Shown one piece after another: positions 1 through 10,652 of a stretch of DNA of 64,000 nucleotides. The translations under genes were made by a program, and so were the position numbers. The notes under the pieces were generated by a model. The model saw only the letters and a program-made list of their open reading frames with translations, did not search any database and was not told the DNA's origin. Origin of the DNA: Lachnospiraceae bacterium (GTDB taxonomy: Bacteria; Bacillota; Clostridia; Lachnospirales; Lachnospiraceae); NCBI GenBank assembly GCA_024696945.1, contig JAILGF010000196.1:8918-72917 (forward strand). Reading direction: 5' to 3'. The first letter of the stretch is position 1. Each line of letters starts with the position of its first letter.

Positions 1-1607
1 TCAGGATTGAAAACCTGAATTCAAGATGCATAGCTTCACTTCCGTACATCCTGTTTAAATATGAGATAACAACCGACTGGAAACGTGCAAAACACGTGGC
101 GGTTTCACATAAGGAGCTTAGGGAACCGGTTTTCTGCAAGATCGAAAATCAGAAAGCTATAGCTGATATTTTTACGGAGGATCCCGTAATAGTCCTTTTG
201 GATGCAGAAGGAAACAGATGCATTGCTTCATTTGAGACACGCTTAAGGAGGATGATCACCAGACCCGACCTTGTAAAGCTTATGATGGAAAAATGCAGGT
301 CGGATAAGCGGGTTATGCTAAACCGCCTTGAAGCAGCTCGATACGAAGGGATGAATGATGAGGCAGTCGGACTTTACACCAAGTGTGTTGAGATGGACAG
401 CCTTGAAGAGGGGTTCCTGCTTAGCTGCAGAAAAACCCTTATAGATTATTATTATGACAATTTTGAGGGCGATCTTCTTGAAAACCAGCTGATAAGGGTC
501 GATCTTAAAGAACTTAAGGCCGACGAACGTATCAGAATGATGGAACTCATGATATTTAGGGAATTGTACAGCCTGGCCCTTAAAAATATGGAAATGTACG
601 GTTTTTACGGTATAAGTCCGAAACGGACATCAAGACTGTGTGCGGTTCTCATACGTGCAAATTCGGAGCAGATCAATTCTAAGCTGTTTATGCAGCTGGC
701 AATGTACAGCTTTGAAAAATACAGACCGGACAAGCTGATACTTTCATTCCTGGAGAAAAACTGCGAAGGCAGTACTCAGGATCTCTACGATCTATGGTCG
801 GCCTGCCACGAGGAAGGCATCGAAACCATCGATCTGGAGGAAAGGCTGATCAGAACGGCGCTCTTTGCGGAAAATGACATGAATTTCGTAAAAGAAGTGT
901 TTAAGATCTATTACGGGCACTGCTCTTCTGGAAAACTCGTACGGGCGTATCTTTCGTATCTTGCATATGGAAACCTGGTATGCGGAAACCTCATTGACGG
1001 AAGTATCTTAGACATCATGAGGCGTGAAGCGAACTACAGCGAGAACGATATCTGTACCCTTACGCTCTTGAAGAACTATTCCCAGCGGAGGAGCTTTACA
1101 AATTCCGAGCTGTCGTTTATCGAATATCAGATAAAGAAGATGGAGAATAAGGGGCTGCTGCTTCCGTTCTTCAAGGATTTTCCGCCCGAGATCAGAATCC
1201 CCAGACAGATGAGGGACAAGTATTATGTGGAATACCACACTGACAGCCATAAACAAGTAAAAATAAACTATACTCTTCTTAATGACTCCGGTGAATCGGA
1301 AAATTTCAAGGAAGAGGAAATGAAGGATATCGGTTTCGGTATTTTTGTAAAGGAATTCATACTGTTCTACGGTGAGGTAATGCAGTACTACATAACCGAG
1401 GACGGAGAAGATAAGAATGCCATTACGGAGAGCAGGGAGGTTGCTCTCGGACCTGAGCATTTCGGACGTGAGGAATGCAGGTACCATCAGATAAACCTTA
1501 TAATAACCGCAAAAGAGATGAATGATGAAAAAACGGTTATAAAACTGATTGAGAATTATCAGTTTAATGATTATGCGGTGAAACGACTTTTTGAACCATT
1601 GGGATAA
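1..1607 (+). CDS. Hypothetical protein, 5'-truncated at window edge; first visible gene of a 4-gene cluster of unknown function
   Basis: Frame 3 is open from nt 3 (RIENLNSRCIASLPYILFKYEITTDWKRAKH...) up to the GTG at 96 given in the ORF track, so the gene probably starts upstream of the window. I recognised no catalytic motif. Only 24 nt separate it from the next ORF. Confidence 0.6.
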   Translation, partial: RIENLNSRCIASLPYILFKYEITTDWKRAKHVAVSHKELREPVFCKIENQKAIADIFTEDPVIVLLDAEGNRCIASFETRLRRMITRPDLVKLMMEKCRSDKRVMLNRLEAARYEGMNDEAVGLYTKCVEMDSLEEGFLLSCRKTLIDYYYDNFEGDLLENQLIRVDLKELKADERIRMMELMIFRELYSLALKNMEMYGFYGISPKRTSRLCAVLIRANSEQINSKLFMQLAMYSFEKYRPDKLILSFLEKNCEGSTQDLYDLWSACHEEGIETIDLEERLIRTALFAENDMNFVKEVFKIYYGHCSSGKLVRAYLSYLAYGNLVCGNLIDGSILDIMRREANYSENDICTLTLLKNYSQRRSFTNSELSFIEYQIKKMENKGLLLPFFKDFPPEIRIPRQMRDKYYVEYHTDSHKQVKINYTLLNDSGESENFKEEEMKDIGFGIFVKEFILFYGEVMQYYITEDGEDKNAITESREVALGPEHFGREECRYHQINLIITAKEMNDEKTVIKLIENYQFNDYAVKRLFEPLG

Positions 1608-1631
1608 AGCAGGAAAGGCAAGGTAGGAGAT

Positions 1632-2876
1632 ATGGAATACATAGTTGGGATCGATCTGTGCCGTGATTTTACGCAGCTATGCATTTTTAACAATGAAACC
1701 AATACGGTCGATTCCGTGGCGCTTTCCAGTGACAGGCAGTCGACCAAGGTAAAAACGGCGATTTCCTATTCAGCTTCGAAAAAAGACTTTATGGTCTATT
1801 CGCCCCTTCATGACGGCAAGCTTGATATTACCGTTATTCCCAACCTATATGATCTGGCGATGTCGGGAGAGCATATCACCATCGACGGTGAGGACTACTC
1901 GTCCGCAAGGATACTTGCAAGATTCTTCAGAAGGATCATCGCCTGCATTAACAGGGAGTGTGAGCCGAAGGATATCCGCGGGATAACGGTCACGGTTAAG
2001 GAGCTGGACCTCGGGCTTAAGTCAAATCTTGAAGAAGCGCTTGTTTATTACGGAATACTTGCCGAGAGGATAAAGATATGCGATCATATTGAAAGCTTTA
2101 TGTACTATGTGGTCATGCAGAACAAGGATATCTGGATAAACGATGTCGGTCTCATGTGCTTTGACGAGGAAGGCTTTAAGGCTTACGTTCTTCATTTCGG
2201 AAGAAAGCAGCAGCCCATGAGCATAGTGGCAGAAACATCGGATTTTTCCGATTCAGTCAAATATTCTATGCTGAAGGAAGAAGACGATATCAGGATAAAA
2301 TACGCTTTCGAGAGCGTCTGCGGGATATTGCTCCACAAACAGAATATTTCCGCGGTATATGCAACGGGTGACGGCTTTGACGGAACCTGGGCCGATGAAA
2401 CTCTAAAGAGGATATCGACCGGCCGCAGGATTTTTAAGGGCCAGAATCTTTATGTAAAGGCTGCAGCCTGTGTGGCTCATCTGACATTTGACGGCGGAAG
2501 CGAGAATTATCTGATCATCGGCGAGGATGACTTAAAAAGCAGTATTGCATTAAGGGCCGTAAGCGGGAAGACGCAGAAGGAGCTTGCCTTCGGAAATGTC
2601 GGTCAGAAGTATTATGAGGCCGGCGGAAGCTGTGAACTGATACTTGACAATACAAATGAAATAGATTTCATGATACATAATGCTCTGAAGAAGGATTCGT
2701 TCTGTGCGATCATGACACTGGATGCTCTTCCGACCAGAAGAAACAAGACCAACAGGGTTTCGGTTAACGTAAGATTCCCTTCAAGGGACTGTGCGGTGGT
2801 GACGGTAAAGGATGTAGGCTTCGGAGCGATAAGAAAAACGGATTACAGGATCTGGGAACAGGTAATAAATCTTTAA
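1632..2876 (+). CDS. Hsp70/actin-fold-like protein with degenerate nucleotide-binding motifs (function unknown)
   Basis: IVGIDLCRDFTQLCIF resembles the Hsp70 phosphate-1 motif (IGIDLGTTNS). MCFDEEGFKAYVL resembles phosphate-2 (DLGGGTFD). YATGDGFDG resembles the adenosine motif (GGxTR). The ATP-contacting Gly/Thr residues are replaced in all three. A purine-rich SD-like tract, AGGAAAGGCAAGGTAGGAGA, lies directly upstream. Confidence 0.6.
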   Translation: MEYIVGIDLCRDFTQLCIFNNETNTVDSVALSSDRQSTKVKTAISYSASKKDFMVYSPLHDGKLDITVIPNLYDLAMSGEHITIDGEDYSSARILARFFRRIIACINRECEPKDIRGITVTVKELDLGLKSNLEEALVYYGILAERIKICDHIESFMYYVVMQNKDIWINDVGLMCFDEEGFKAYVLHFGRKQQPMSIVAETSDFSDSVKYSMLKEEDDIRIKYAFESVCGILLHKQNISAVYATGDGFDGTWADETLKRISTGRRIFKGQNLYVKAAACVAHLTFDGGSENYLIIGEDDLKSSIALRAVSGKTQKELAFGNVGQKYYEAGGSCELILDNTNEIDFMIHNALKKDSFCAIMTLDALPTRRNKTNRVSVNVRFPSRDCAVVTVKDVGFGAIRKTDYRIWEQVINL

Positions 2877-2885
2877 GAGGTAGAA

Positions 2886-3731
2886 ATGGGAAAAGTAATT
2901 TTGTGTGCGGGAAAAAGAGCTGAAAAGCCATATGTTTTACAAGCTCTCGGTATTTATGCCGAGAGTATTGAGGAACTGTGCTTTTGCCTGCATCAGAACC
3001 TTGATATCATAGATTCGGCGGCAATAGACAGGAATATGGCCGGTTTCATCCGTGATGATCTCGGACTTGACGAGAGAGGGAAAAAACTTGAAGGTCTTAT
3101 TATGTCCCGGGCATCTCTTAAGGAGAAGCTTATGGCTGTCTTTGAAAGCTGCGATTTCTATGATGATCAGGAGCTTAACAGAATATCGGCCGAAATAGAT
3201 GAGCTTTCAAAACTGAGCGGACCGGAGAGAAGAAAGAAACGGGCCGACAGGCAGATGAAGCAGGGACATTACAATGAAGCGGCTGCCGAATATCGGAACA
3301 TATTGGCAAGCACACAGAGCAATGAACTCAGCGATGGCGGTATGGGTGAGATACTGCATAATCTCGGGATATTTGAGATACACCGCGGGGATATAGAGGA
3401 GGCTCTGAGACTTTTCCTCGATGCCTATGAGCGTGACGGACAGAGGGAAACCTTAAAGGCATATTTTTTGGCATTAAAACTGACAAAGAACAATGCAAGA
3501 TACAGTGATGAAGTTAAGAGGCTTGAGATTGACCCGAAGCTGTATAACGAGATAGAAAGTGCAATGCGTTCTGCCGAAGAAGACTTTGAACAGAGCAGCA
3601 GCTACAGCGAGATAAACAGGATGAAGGTGCTCTGGCAGCAGGGACGCTTTTCTGAGGAGAAAAGGCTTTCGGGCGAGATAATCGAAAGAATGAAGCATAT
3701 ATACAGAAAAGAAAACGAAGAGGAAGGTTAA
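2886..3731 (+). CDS. Hypothetical helical-repeat (TPR-like) protein
   Basis: The ORF starts 9 nt after the previous stop, with an AAGAGG SD. Segments such as HYNEAAAEYRNILA and GEILHNLGIFEIHRGDIEEALRLFLDAYE look like TPR-type helix pairs. No enzymatic motif is present. Confidence 0.5.
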   Translation: MGKVILCAGKRAEKPYVLQALGIYAESIEELCFCLHQNLDIIDSAAIDRNMAGFIRDDLGLDERGKKLEGLIMSRASLKEKLMAVFESCDFYDDQELNRISAEIDELSKLSGPERRKKRADRQMKQGHYNEAAAEYRNILASTQSNELSDGGMGEILHNLGIFEIHRGDIEEALRLFLDAYERDGQRETLKAYFLALKLTKNNARYSDEVKRLEIDPKLYNEIESAMRSAEEDFEQSSSYSEINRMKVLWQQGRFSEEKRLSGEIIERMKHIYRKENEEEG

Positions 3732-4871
3732 GTGGGATTATTCGGGAAAAAAAAGAAAAAGAAAACTGAAGAATCTGATTATCGATGGATGACCGTTGAC
3801 GAAGCCCTGATCTTAAGTGACGGGAAGGGCAAGGGCAAAAGCTCAGGGTCCGATCCGCGTACTGTTTCACAGAGCCTTAAGGAACAGCTGCAGAATGCTC
3901 AAAGAATAGAGAAGGACACATCGTTTGAATATAATGCCATAACAAAGCATATAAGCGATCTTCAGCGATTCGATGCACTTCCGGATGTTGCTAAAGCAAA
4001 GATCAAAGATCTTGCCGCATTGCTGTTGAGTTATGAAAAGCAGAGGCAGGATTATCTGGAGGGAAACAGGCTGATCTCTTCCGAAAATTACAAGAACATG
4101 GAGCTGTACGCCGAAGAGCTTCCGGAAAAGCTGAAGGCTATGGAGGAACAGGAACGTTACCTGATGCTGGTAAAAAATGATATGCGCCAGCTTGAGGGCG
4201 AAAAAGGTGCGATTGTTTACGAAAAAGAAGAATCGGCAAAGAAAAAAAGCTTTCTTTTGAAATTCACCAAGATTTCCGTGTTCGCTGTGCTTACGGTCTG
4301 CATACTGCTGGTCGTTCTATCTTTCTACACGGGAAAAAGCATGCTGCTTCCGATCATGGTCACGGTTGCTATAGTAAGCATATATGCGGCTTATTTTACG
4401 GTAACTATGAAGGAATGCGATAAAACCGTGATGAGGAACGAGCTTCTTCAAAAGAGATGTGTGGAGTTATTAAATAAAGTAAAGATCAAGTATGTAAATA
4501 CCATGAATACCCTGGAATATACTTACGAAAAGTATAAATGCAACAGCCACCAGGAGCTGGCATATCTCTGGCAGGGTTATTTAAAGGAGAAGGAAGAGGA
4601 AAAGAAATACTTAAGAAACACCGAGCTTCTTTCTGCCGGAAGGGAAAACCTTACGGAGACACTCGAAGATTACGGTTTTGAAATGGCCGAAGCATGGGGA
4701 CATCAGGCAGAGGTATTTTATGACGGAAAGGTAATGAGGGAGCTTAAGGACGTCCTTAACGAAAGACACAGAAAGCTTAAGGCCCAGCTTGATCTTAATG
4801 CCAAGCAGAAGGCCTCCATTGAGGCTGAGATAGAAGCTTTTTCTGCAAAGTATCCGGGATATATCCATTAG
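3732..4871 (+). CDS. Hypothetical coiled-coil membrane protein (two predicted TM helices)
   Basis: The GTG start abuts the TAA of the previous gene, with a GAGGAAGG SD upstream. The N-terminus is Lys-rich (GKKKKKK). Long heptad-like charged stretches flank two hydrophobic helices (ISVFAVLTVCILLVVLSFY and LLPIMVTVAIVSIYAAYFTV). Confidence 0.55.
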   Translation: MGLFGKKKKKKTEESDYRWMTVDEALILSDGKGKGKSSGSDPRTVSQSLKEQLQNAQRIEKDTSFEYNAITKHISDLQRFDALPDVAKAKIKDLAALLLSYEKQRQDYLEGNRLISSENYKNMELYAEELPEKLKAMEEQERYLMLVKNDMRQLEGEKGAIVYEKEESAKKKSFLLKFTKISVFAVLTVCILLVVLSFYTGKSMLLPIMVTVAIVSIYAAYFTVTMKECDKTVMRNELLQKRCVELLNKVKIKYVNTMNTLEYTYEKYKCNSHQELAYLWQGYLKEKEEEKKYLRNTELLSAGRENLTETLEDYGFEMAEAWGHQAEVFYDGKVMRELKDVLNERHRKLKAQLDLNAKQKASIEAEIEAFSAKYPGYIH

Positions 4872-4902
4872 ATGAAGAAACATACGCATACAAAAATAAG
4901 GC

Positions 4903-4930
4903 TTGAATTTTCCGGATAATAAGATATAAT
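4903..4930 (+). promoter_or_regulatory. Putative sigma-A promoter for glyA
   Basis: -35 TTGAAT (4903-4908), 16-nt spacer, perfect -10 TATAAT (4925-4930), about 55 nt upstream of the glyA start. Confidence 0.45.
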
Positions 4931-4986
4931 GTAAAGTGGTATTTTATATTAATGATATATTAAGAAAGAACGAAAGGAAAACCATC

Positions 4987-6231
4987 ATGTATTCATTTGA
5001 AGAAATTCTGGCAGAAGACAAGGAAATAGCTACTGCCATATCTGAAGAGATACAGCGTCAGGACTCACACATTGAGCTTATCGCTTCGGAAAACTTTGTA
5101 TCCAAGGCCGTTATGGCAGCTATGGGAAGCCCTCTTACAAACAAGTATGCGGAAGGATATCCCGGACATCGTTATTATGGTGGCTGCGAATTTGTCGATA
5201 AGGTAGAGACCCTTGCCATCGAAAGAGCAAAGAAACTGTTCGGCTGCACATATGCAAACGTACAGCCTCATTCGGGAAGCCAGGCTAATCAGGCAGTTCA
5301 GAACGCACTCTTACAGCCCGGAGATACTTTTATGGGTATGAGCCTTGCATGCGGCGGACATCTTTCACACGGAAGCCCTGCCAATATTTCCGGAAATGTA
5401 TATAATTGTGTATCCTATGGTATAAATGACGAAGGATATCTTGACTATGACGAGATAGAGAAGATTGCCATGGAGTGCAAGCCCAAGCTTATTATCTGTG
5501 GTGCTTCGGCTTACGCAAGAGCTATAGATTTCAAGCGTTTCAGAGAGATCGCCGACAAGGTTGGTGCATATCTTATGGCTGATATCGCACATATTGCAGG
5601 CCTTGTTGCTACAGGCTATCATATGAGCCCCATACCTTATGCTCACGTTACTACAGCAACGGTTCATAAGACCTTAAGAGGACCCCGCGGAGGCCTTATC
5701 CTTTCAAGCGAGGAATTTGCAACAGAGCACAAGTTGAATAAGGCTGTATTCCCCGGAATGCAGGGCGGACCTTTGGAGCATGTTATCGCAGCTAAGGCAA
5801 TCTGTTTTAAGGAGGCACTTTCACCCGAATATAAGGAGTATGTTGGTCAGATTGTAAAGAATGCAAAGGTTCTTGCTCAGGAGCTTGTGGCACGCGGATT
5901 CAATCTTGTTTCGGGAGGAACCGACAATCACCTTATGCTGGTTGATCTTCAGAACAAGAACATTACAGGTAAGGATGCAGAACATCTTCTTGATGCTGTA
6001 AACATTACCTGCAACAAGAATGCGGTTCCCAACGATCCTCAGTCTCCTTTCGTTACGAGCGGTATCCGTCTCGGAACTCCCGCTGTAACATCAAGAGGCA
6101 TGAAGGAAGCTGATATGAAGATCATTGCAGAAGCCATCGACATCTGCATTTCAAATCCTGACGGAGACCATTCAAGAGCTATCTCACTTGTTAAGATGCT
6201 TACTGATGCATATCCTCTGTACTCAAAATAA
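4987..6231 (+). CDS. glyA: Serine hydroxymethyltransferase
   Basis: Typical SHMT sequence: [37 protein letters not shown] and the PLP-lysine region [16 protein letters not shown] moved the start to the ATG at 4987 (MYSFEEIL), which has a GAAAGGAAA SD. The 4936 start in the ORF track adds 17 unlikely residues. Confidence 0.95.
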   Translation: MYSFEEILAEDKEIATAISEEIQRQDSHIELIASENFVSKAVMAAMGSPLTNKYAEGYPGHRYYGGCEFVDKVETLAIERAKKLFGCTYANVQPHSGSQANQAVQNALLQPGDTFMGMSLACGGHLSHGSPANISGNVYNCVSYGINDEGYLDYDEIEKIAMECKPKLIICGASAYARAIDFKRFREIADKVGAYLMADIAHIAGLVATGYHMSPIPYAHVTTATVHKTLRGPRGGLILSSEEFATEHKLNKAVFPGMQGGPLEHVIAAKAICFKEALSPEYKEYVGQIVKNAKVLAQELVARGFNLVSGGTDNHLMLVDLQNKNITGKDAEHLLDAVNITCNKNAVPNDPQSPFVTSGIRLGTPAVTSRGMKEADMKIIAEAIDICISNPDGDHSRAISLVKMLTDAYPLYSK

Positions 6232-6290
6232 TTATGGGAACAGATCAGGTGCTGTTGTAATAAAGTAAATAATTTCAAAGTAAAGGAGGT

Positions 6291-8501
6291 GTGGCTGTGA
6301 GCAAGAAAAAAAGCAGCGGTTCTTTTGGAGAAAAGATTTTATTTATCCTTAAGAAAATAGGCACCTTCTTTATCTTTTTAAAGGATAAGATCGTAGAATT
6401 CTTCTGTTTCCTTGGAGAAAAGATATCGGATGTATGGAATGGCTTCATGGGTAAGAAGGGCTACAAATTCGGCATAAGATATAAGATCCTGCTGGGTTTC
6501 TTTATTCCCATCATATTTATTACCGTGGTGGGTATAGCTTCATACTCAAGAGCAAAGCAGGGCATGCGTGACAGGTACGAGAAATCGACGCTTGAAACTG
6601 TAAGAATGGTAGGAAGCCAGATCGACATGATCTCGTACTTAATGAAATCCGAGGTGGCCAAGTATACGGACTCAAAGGATCTGATAAACCTGACAAAGGG
6701 ATCTTTTGACAGCGATCCTTACGAGAAGAACCGTATCATACAGTTGCTCCGAAACAACGCTGTGTACAGTCAGGGAGCTAACCCGTACATCAGCCATATC
6801 TTCATACTTGTAAAGTCAAATCTTAAGAATATTTCTACGAAAAACAATTTCCTTGACGGTATTTTTGATGAATATTATGAGTCGATAGAAAGGTCCGAAA
6901 TAGACGGTAGTATCGTAAAATGGATAGATTCACATCCCGTTCTCGATAAGCTGATGGCTATTAAATCCGAAGGAGAGGATGCGTATATTTTCAGTTATCA
7001 GAGCGTCACTCCCGGAGATGAGGCTGTTATTGTCATCGACGCCAAGAAGGAAAAAATCCAAGAGCTTCTTGACGGAATAGATTTTGGTGAGAATGCCGTT
7101 GTCGGACTTGTGACCATGAACGGAAGGGAGCTTCTTAACAGAAAAGGAGATCTTTTCAAGGACGACGGGACCTCAATCTTCGCCGGAAGGGAATATTACA
7201 GAGACGCGATTGAAAGCGGTGAAATGTACGGTACCAAGGAAGTAACCTACGATGGAGAAAACTGTATTATGTTTTACTCCATCTGTGAGAGATCGGGCGT
7301 TGTTATAACAGCCATGGTTCCAATCTCCGTTGTTACCTCGGATGCTTCGGCCATTTGGACAATTACCATAATTCTGGTACTTGTGGCTCTGGCTGTAGTG
7401 CTTACGGTGGCATTCCTTATTTCCTCCAGCATACAGAAGAACGTTAGCAGTGTTTCTAAGGGACTTGGAGCCGTAGCGGAAGGAAACCTCAGGGTTAAGG
7501 TCCGTGTTAGCGGTAACGATGAATTCGGAGATCTGGCTGATGCGACCACCGAAATGATCACAAATACAAAGAACCTTGTTTCGAAGGTTGAGGCTGCTTC
7601 TGAGGATGTGGCCGAATCAGCAAAGAGTGTTCAGGGAGCCACAACGCTTCTTAGCAGCTGCTCGGATGACATCATGAGGACTATGGAGGAAATGTCGGAG
7701 GGCATGGAACGGCAGAAGAAGTATGCCGACGAATGTGTTGACAGGACTGACAGGCTTTCGGATGAGATAGGCAACGTATCTGTTCAGATAGGAAGAATAA
7801 AGAAGATCATTGAAGAAACCAACAGGATGATAAACGAAAGCGTAAATCTCTTAGGAACCTTGGGGGACAAGGCAAAAGAGACAACCGGTGCCACTGATTC
7901 AGTTAAGGATTCGGTTTCGGCACTTATTGATGAGACCGAAAAGATCAATGCTTTCGTAAACGTAATAAAAAATATCTCATCGCAGACACATCTTTTGTCA
8001 CTTAATGCTTCGATAGAGGCGGCACGTGCGGGAGATGCCGGACGCGGATTTGCGGTGGTGGCTGAGGAAATTAGAGAGCTTGCCACTCAATCCTCCAAAT
8101 CGGCAGGTGAGATAAAGAAGCTTGTTGACGGGATCAATGTCCAGACGGGTTCAAGTACCGCAAGTGTAGATAAAGCAAGGAATATTGTTGACGAGCAGTT
8201 TGAACTCGTAAATCATTCGATAGAGATATTCGATATGATGAAGGCATCCATGGAGAATCTGAATGCGGAACTCGGAAATATCGATGCCGCAGTAGAAGCT
8301 GCCGATGCAAGAAGGGCTGAGGCTGTGAATGCCGTAAGTGATATCTCGGATATTATAAATGCTTCATCGGAAAATGCGGGTACTGTTATGGAGGCTCTTA
8401 ACAGGCTGAAGAAGAATGTGGATCATCTTGACGAAACTGCTGCCAAGCTTGGTGAGAACATGGATGAGCTGAAGAACGAGGTTAAGGTATTCCAGATATA
8501 A
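6291..8501 (+). CDS. Methyl-accepting chemotaxis protein (extracellular sensor domain, HAMP, MCP signalling domain)
   Basis: Highly conserved MCP hairpin-tip motif [32 protein letters not shown]. Two TM segments flank a ~270-aa periplasmic-type domain, and a HAMP-like segment follows TM2. An AAGGAGG SD sits at 6281-6287. The start could be GTG 6291 or GTG 6297. Confidence 0.9.
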   Translation: MAVSKKKSSGSFGEKILFILKKIGTFFIFLKDKIVEFFCFLGEKISDVWNGFMGKKGYKFGIRYKILLGFFIPIIFITVVGIASYSRAKQGMRDRYEKSTLETVRMVGSQIDMISYLMKSEVAKYTDSKDLINLTKGSFDSDPYEKNRIIQLLRNNAVYSQGANPYISHIFILVKSNLKNISTKNNFLDGIFDEYYESIERSEIDGSIVKWIDSHPVLDKLMAIKSEGEDAYIFSYQSVTPGDEAVIVIDAKKEKIQELLDGIDFGENAVVGLVTMNGRELLNRKGDLFKDDGTSIFAGREYYRDAIESGEMYGTKEVTYDGENCIMFYSICERSGVVITAMVPISVVTSDASAIWTITIILVLVALAVVLTVAFLISSSIQKNVSSVSKGLGAVAEGNLRVKVRVSGNDEFGDLADATTEMITNTKNLVSKVEAASEDVAESAKSVQGATTLLSSCSDDIMRTMEEMSEGMERQKKYADECVDRTDRLSDEIGNVSVQIGRIKKIIEETNRMINESVNLLGTLGDKAKETTGATDSVKDSVSALIDETEKINAFVNVIKNISSQTHLLSLNASIEAARAGDAGRGFAVVAEEIRELATQSSKSAGEIKKLVDGINVQTGSSTASVDKARNIVDEQFELVNHSIEIFDMMKASMENLNAELGNIDAAVEAADARRAEAVNAVSDISDIINASSENAGTVMEALNRLKKNVDHLDETAAKLGENMDELKNEVKVFQI

Positions 8502-8524
8502 AAAGAATTATTAATAGCTTATAC

Positions 8525-8552
8525 AGTGCCAAAGGGGATTCTCTTTGGCACT
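8525..8552 (+). terminator. Intrinsic terminator hairpin after the MCP gene
   Basis: AGTGCCAAAG (8525-8534) pairs perfectly with CTTTGGCACT (8543-8552) around an 8-nt loop. The downstream T-tract is short (TTAGTTT). Confidence 0.55.
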
Positions 8553-8561
8553 TAGTTTCAT

Positions 8562-9677
8562 ATGAGGTGCAACATGCGGGAATTGATAAAGCAGAAAAGA
8601 AACCTGATACTCCTGTGCTGGCCCGTAGGTTTTCTATGTTATTTTCTGGCAAAGAACAACAGGGATATAGCGGAGTACGTTTTTGCACGGGGAATATATA
8701 AGGTTTACGGCTGGGTAATGTCCCATATAAACGGAATATTCCCATTTTCAGTGGGGGAACTGCTGCTTATCCTTGCTGCATTAGGCTTGGCTTTATTCCC
8801 GATCATTACGATCATTTTTATTATCCGCAGCAAGCATAAGATCATTACTCTGGTAAGCAGCCTGAGACATCTGTTGCTCGCGGTCGGCATTGTTTTTCTG
8901 TGGTTTATGATAGGTGCGGGAACAAACTATTACAGATATGAGTTTTCCGGCTTCAGCGGACTTGTGATAGAAAAATCGAGCAAAGATGAGCTGTATGAGC
9001 TGTGTAAGGAGCTTGCGGCAAAGACGAACGCCGCCAGGGAATCTCTCGGAATAAGCGAAGGAGAAGTTTTTGTTTCAAAACTTTCGAATCGGGAAAGGGC
9101 TGGAGAGGCCGTATCGGCAATGGAGAAGCTTTCGAAAAAATATGATGTCCTAAAAGGGTATTATCCGTATCCCAAATCTGTGTTCTTTTCGCGGACTCTT
9201 TCGGAGTTTAACATAACCGGAGTATATTTTCCGTTCACGGTCGAAGCGAATGTGAACGTCGATACACCTGATTATCCCAAAGGCGCTTGCTTATGTCATG
9301 AATTAAGCCATTTGAGAGGTTTTATGAGGGAGGATGAGGCAAATTTCATAGGATATCTTGCATGTGTGAATTCTGATTGCCCCGAACTTGTATATAGCGG
9401 ATATATGCTTGCACTTGTTCATACGGGGAATAAGCTGTACGAAGAGGATAAGGACAGATATTACGAGATGTGGAACACATATTCCGCCGGCGTCAGGCTT
9501 GATCTGGCAAAGAACAGTGAATACTGGAAACAGTTTAAGGATACGACATTAAGCAATGTGGGAGAGAAAATGAACAATACCTACCTTAAGCTTAATAATG
9601 TGGAGGATGGTACCAAGAGCTACGGAAGAATGGTCGACCTGCTGCTTGCAGAACGGAGGGCAAGGATATCACGGTAA
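8562..9677 (+). CDS. Membrane-associated zinc-metallopeptidase-like protein (resembles the DUF3810 family)
   Basis: N-terminal TM helices plus the HExxH motif HELSHLRGFMREDEANF. My family assignment is from memory of DUF3810 proteins. An alternative start is the ATG at 8574, which follows a GAGGTG SD. Confidence 0.55.
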   Translation: MRCNMRELIKQKRNLILLCWPVGFLCYFLAKNNRDIAEYVFARGIYKVYGWVMSHINGIFPFSVGELLLILAALGLALFPIITIIFIIRSKHKIITLVSSLRHLLLAVGIVFLWFMIGAGTNYYRYEFSGFSGLVIEKSSKDELYELCKELAAKTNAARESLGISEGEVFVSKLSNRERAGEAVSAMEKLSKKYDVLKGYYPYPKSVFFSRTLSEFNITGVYFPFTVEANVNVDTPDYPKGACLCHELSHLRGFMREDEANFIGYLACVNSDCPELVYSGYMLALVHTGNKLYEEDKDRYYEMWNTYSAGVRLDLAKNSEYWKQFKDTTLSNVGEKMNNTYLKLNNVEDGTKSYGRMVDLLLAERRARISR

Positions 9678-9722
9678 GCAGAATAATTGGTATCAAAAAT
9701 AATACAAAATAATAAAAAAATA

Positions 9723-9751
9723 TTGCTTATGCCTCACATTTTTGGTAGAAT
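9723..9751 (+). promoter_or_regulatory. Putative extended -10 promoter
   Basis: -35 TTGCTT (9723-9728), 17-nt spacer ending in TGG, -10 TAGAAT (9746-9751). It lies 40 nt upstream of the PHP-domain gene. Confidence 0.45.
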
Positions 9752-9791
9752 GAGATAAATGAAGACAGACTAAAGGAGCAAGGAATCTTAT

Positions 9792-10601
9792 ATGTCACTG
9801 AAAGTAGAAGGATACCCTTATAAGTATGAAGTGCATATGCATACATATGAGGGGAGCGCATGTGGAAAGACACATGCAGAGGATTATATTGCGGAATATA
9901 TTAAGCAGGGATATGACGGAATAATCATTACGGATCACTTTTTCCACGGAAACACCAGAGTAGATAGGAATCTTCCGTGGGAGGATTTTGTTGAAGAGTT
10001 CTGTAAGGGATACGAGCTTGCGAAGGCTGAGGGCGATAAGCAGGGGCTTAAGGTCTTCTTTGGCTGGGAAGCAAACCGACTTGTCGATGAATACCTAATC
10101 TACGGACTCGATAAAGCATGGCTGAAGGCTCATCCCGAGGTCAGGGACTGCCCTCATGACGAGCTTTTCAAGATCATAGATGCGGCAGGCGGACTCGTGG
10201 TAGGCGCACATCCCTTCAGGGAGCGGCCTTACATACAAAAGGTCAATCTGCATCCTCTTCAGTGTCACGCTATGGAGGCCTGCAATTTTGGAAATCCTCC
10301 TTATCAGGATGCATTCGCTTACAATTTCTTAAAGGACAGAAATATCATTATGACGGCCGGAAGCGACATCCATGACGTTAATAATGTTGCGCTTACCACA
10401 ATGGGCATGTTCTTTAAGGAGCCCTTGAACGATATATCAGATTATGTAAAGAGGGTCAAGGCAGGGGAAGGATTTGTACCTCTTATTCCCGAAGACAGGA
10501 AGGTTATTACTCCGGATATGAGGAACTTCCTTCCGATGTTCCTGTATGATGAAAGAAATATCGGACACCCCGTCGAACTTGAAGACCTTGGATTAAAATA
10601 A
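9792..10601 (+). CDS. PHP-domain metal-dependent phosphoesterase
   Basis: The N-terminal HMHTYEGSACG motif, ITDHFFHG and later GSDIHD match the His/Asp metal-ligand pattern of PHP (polymerase and histidinol phosphatase) domains. Confidence 0.6.
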   Translation: MSLKVEGYPYKYEVHMHTYEGSACGKTHAEDYIAEYIKQGYDGIIITDHFFHGNTRVDRNLPWEDFVEEFCKGYELAKAEGDKQGLKVFFGWEANRLVDEYLIYGLDKAWLKAHPEVRDCPHDELFKIIDAAGGLVVGAHPFRERPYIQKVNLHPLQCHAMEACNFGNPPYQDAFAYNFLKDRNIIMTAGSDIHDVNNVALTTMGMFFKEPLNDISDYVKRVKAGEGFVPLIPEDRKVITPDMRNFLPMFLYDERNIGHPVELEDLGLK

Positions 10602-10652
10602 TTTTGATTAGAAAAGAAAGGAGTTCCCGGCAGGTTCCGGGAGAAGGAAAAC

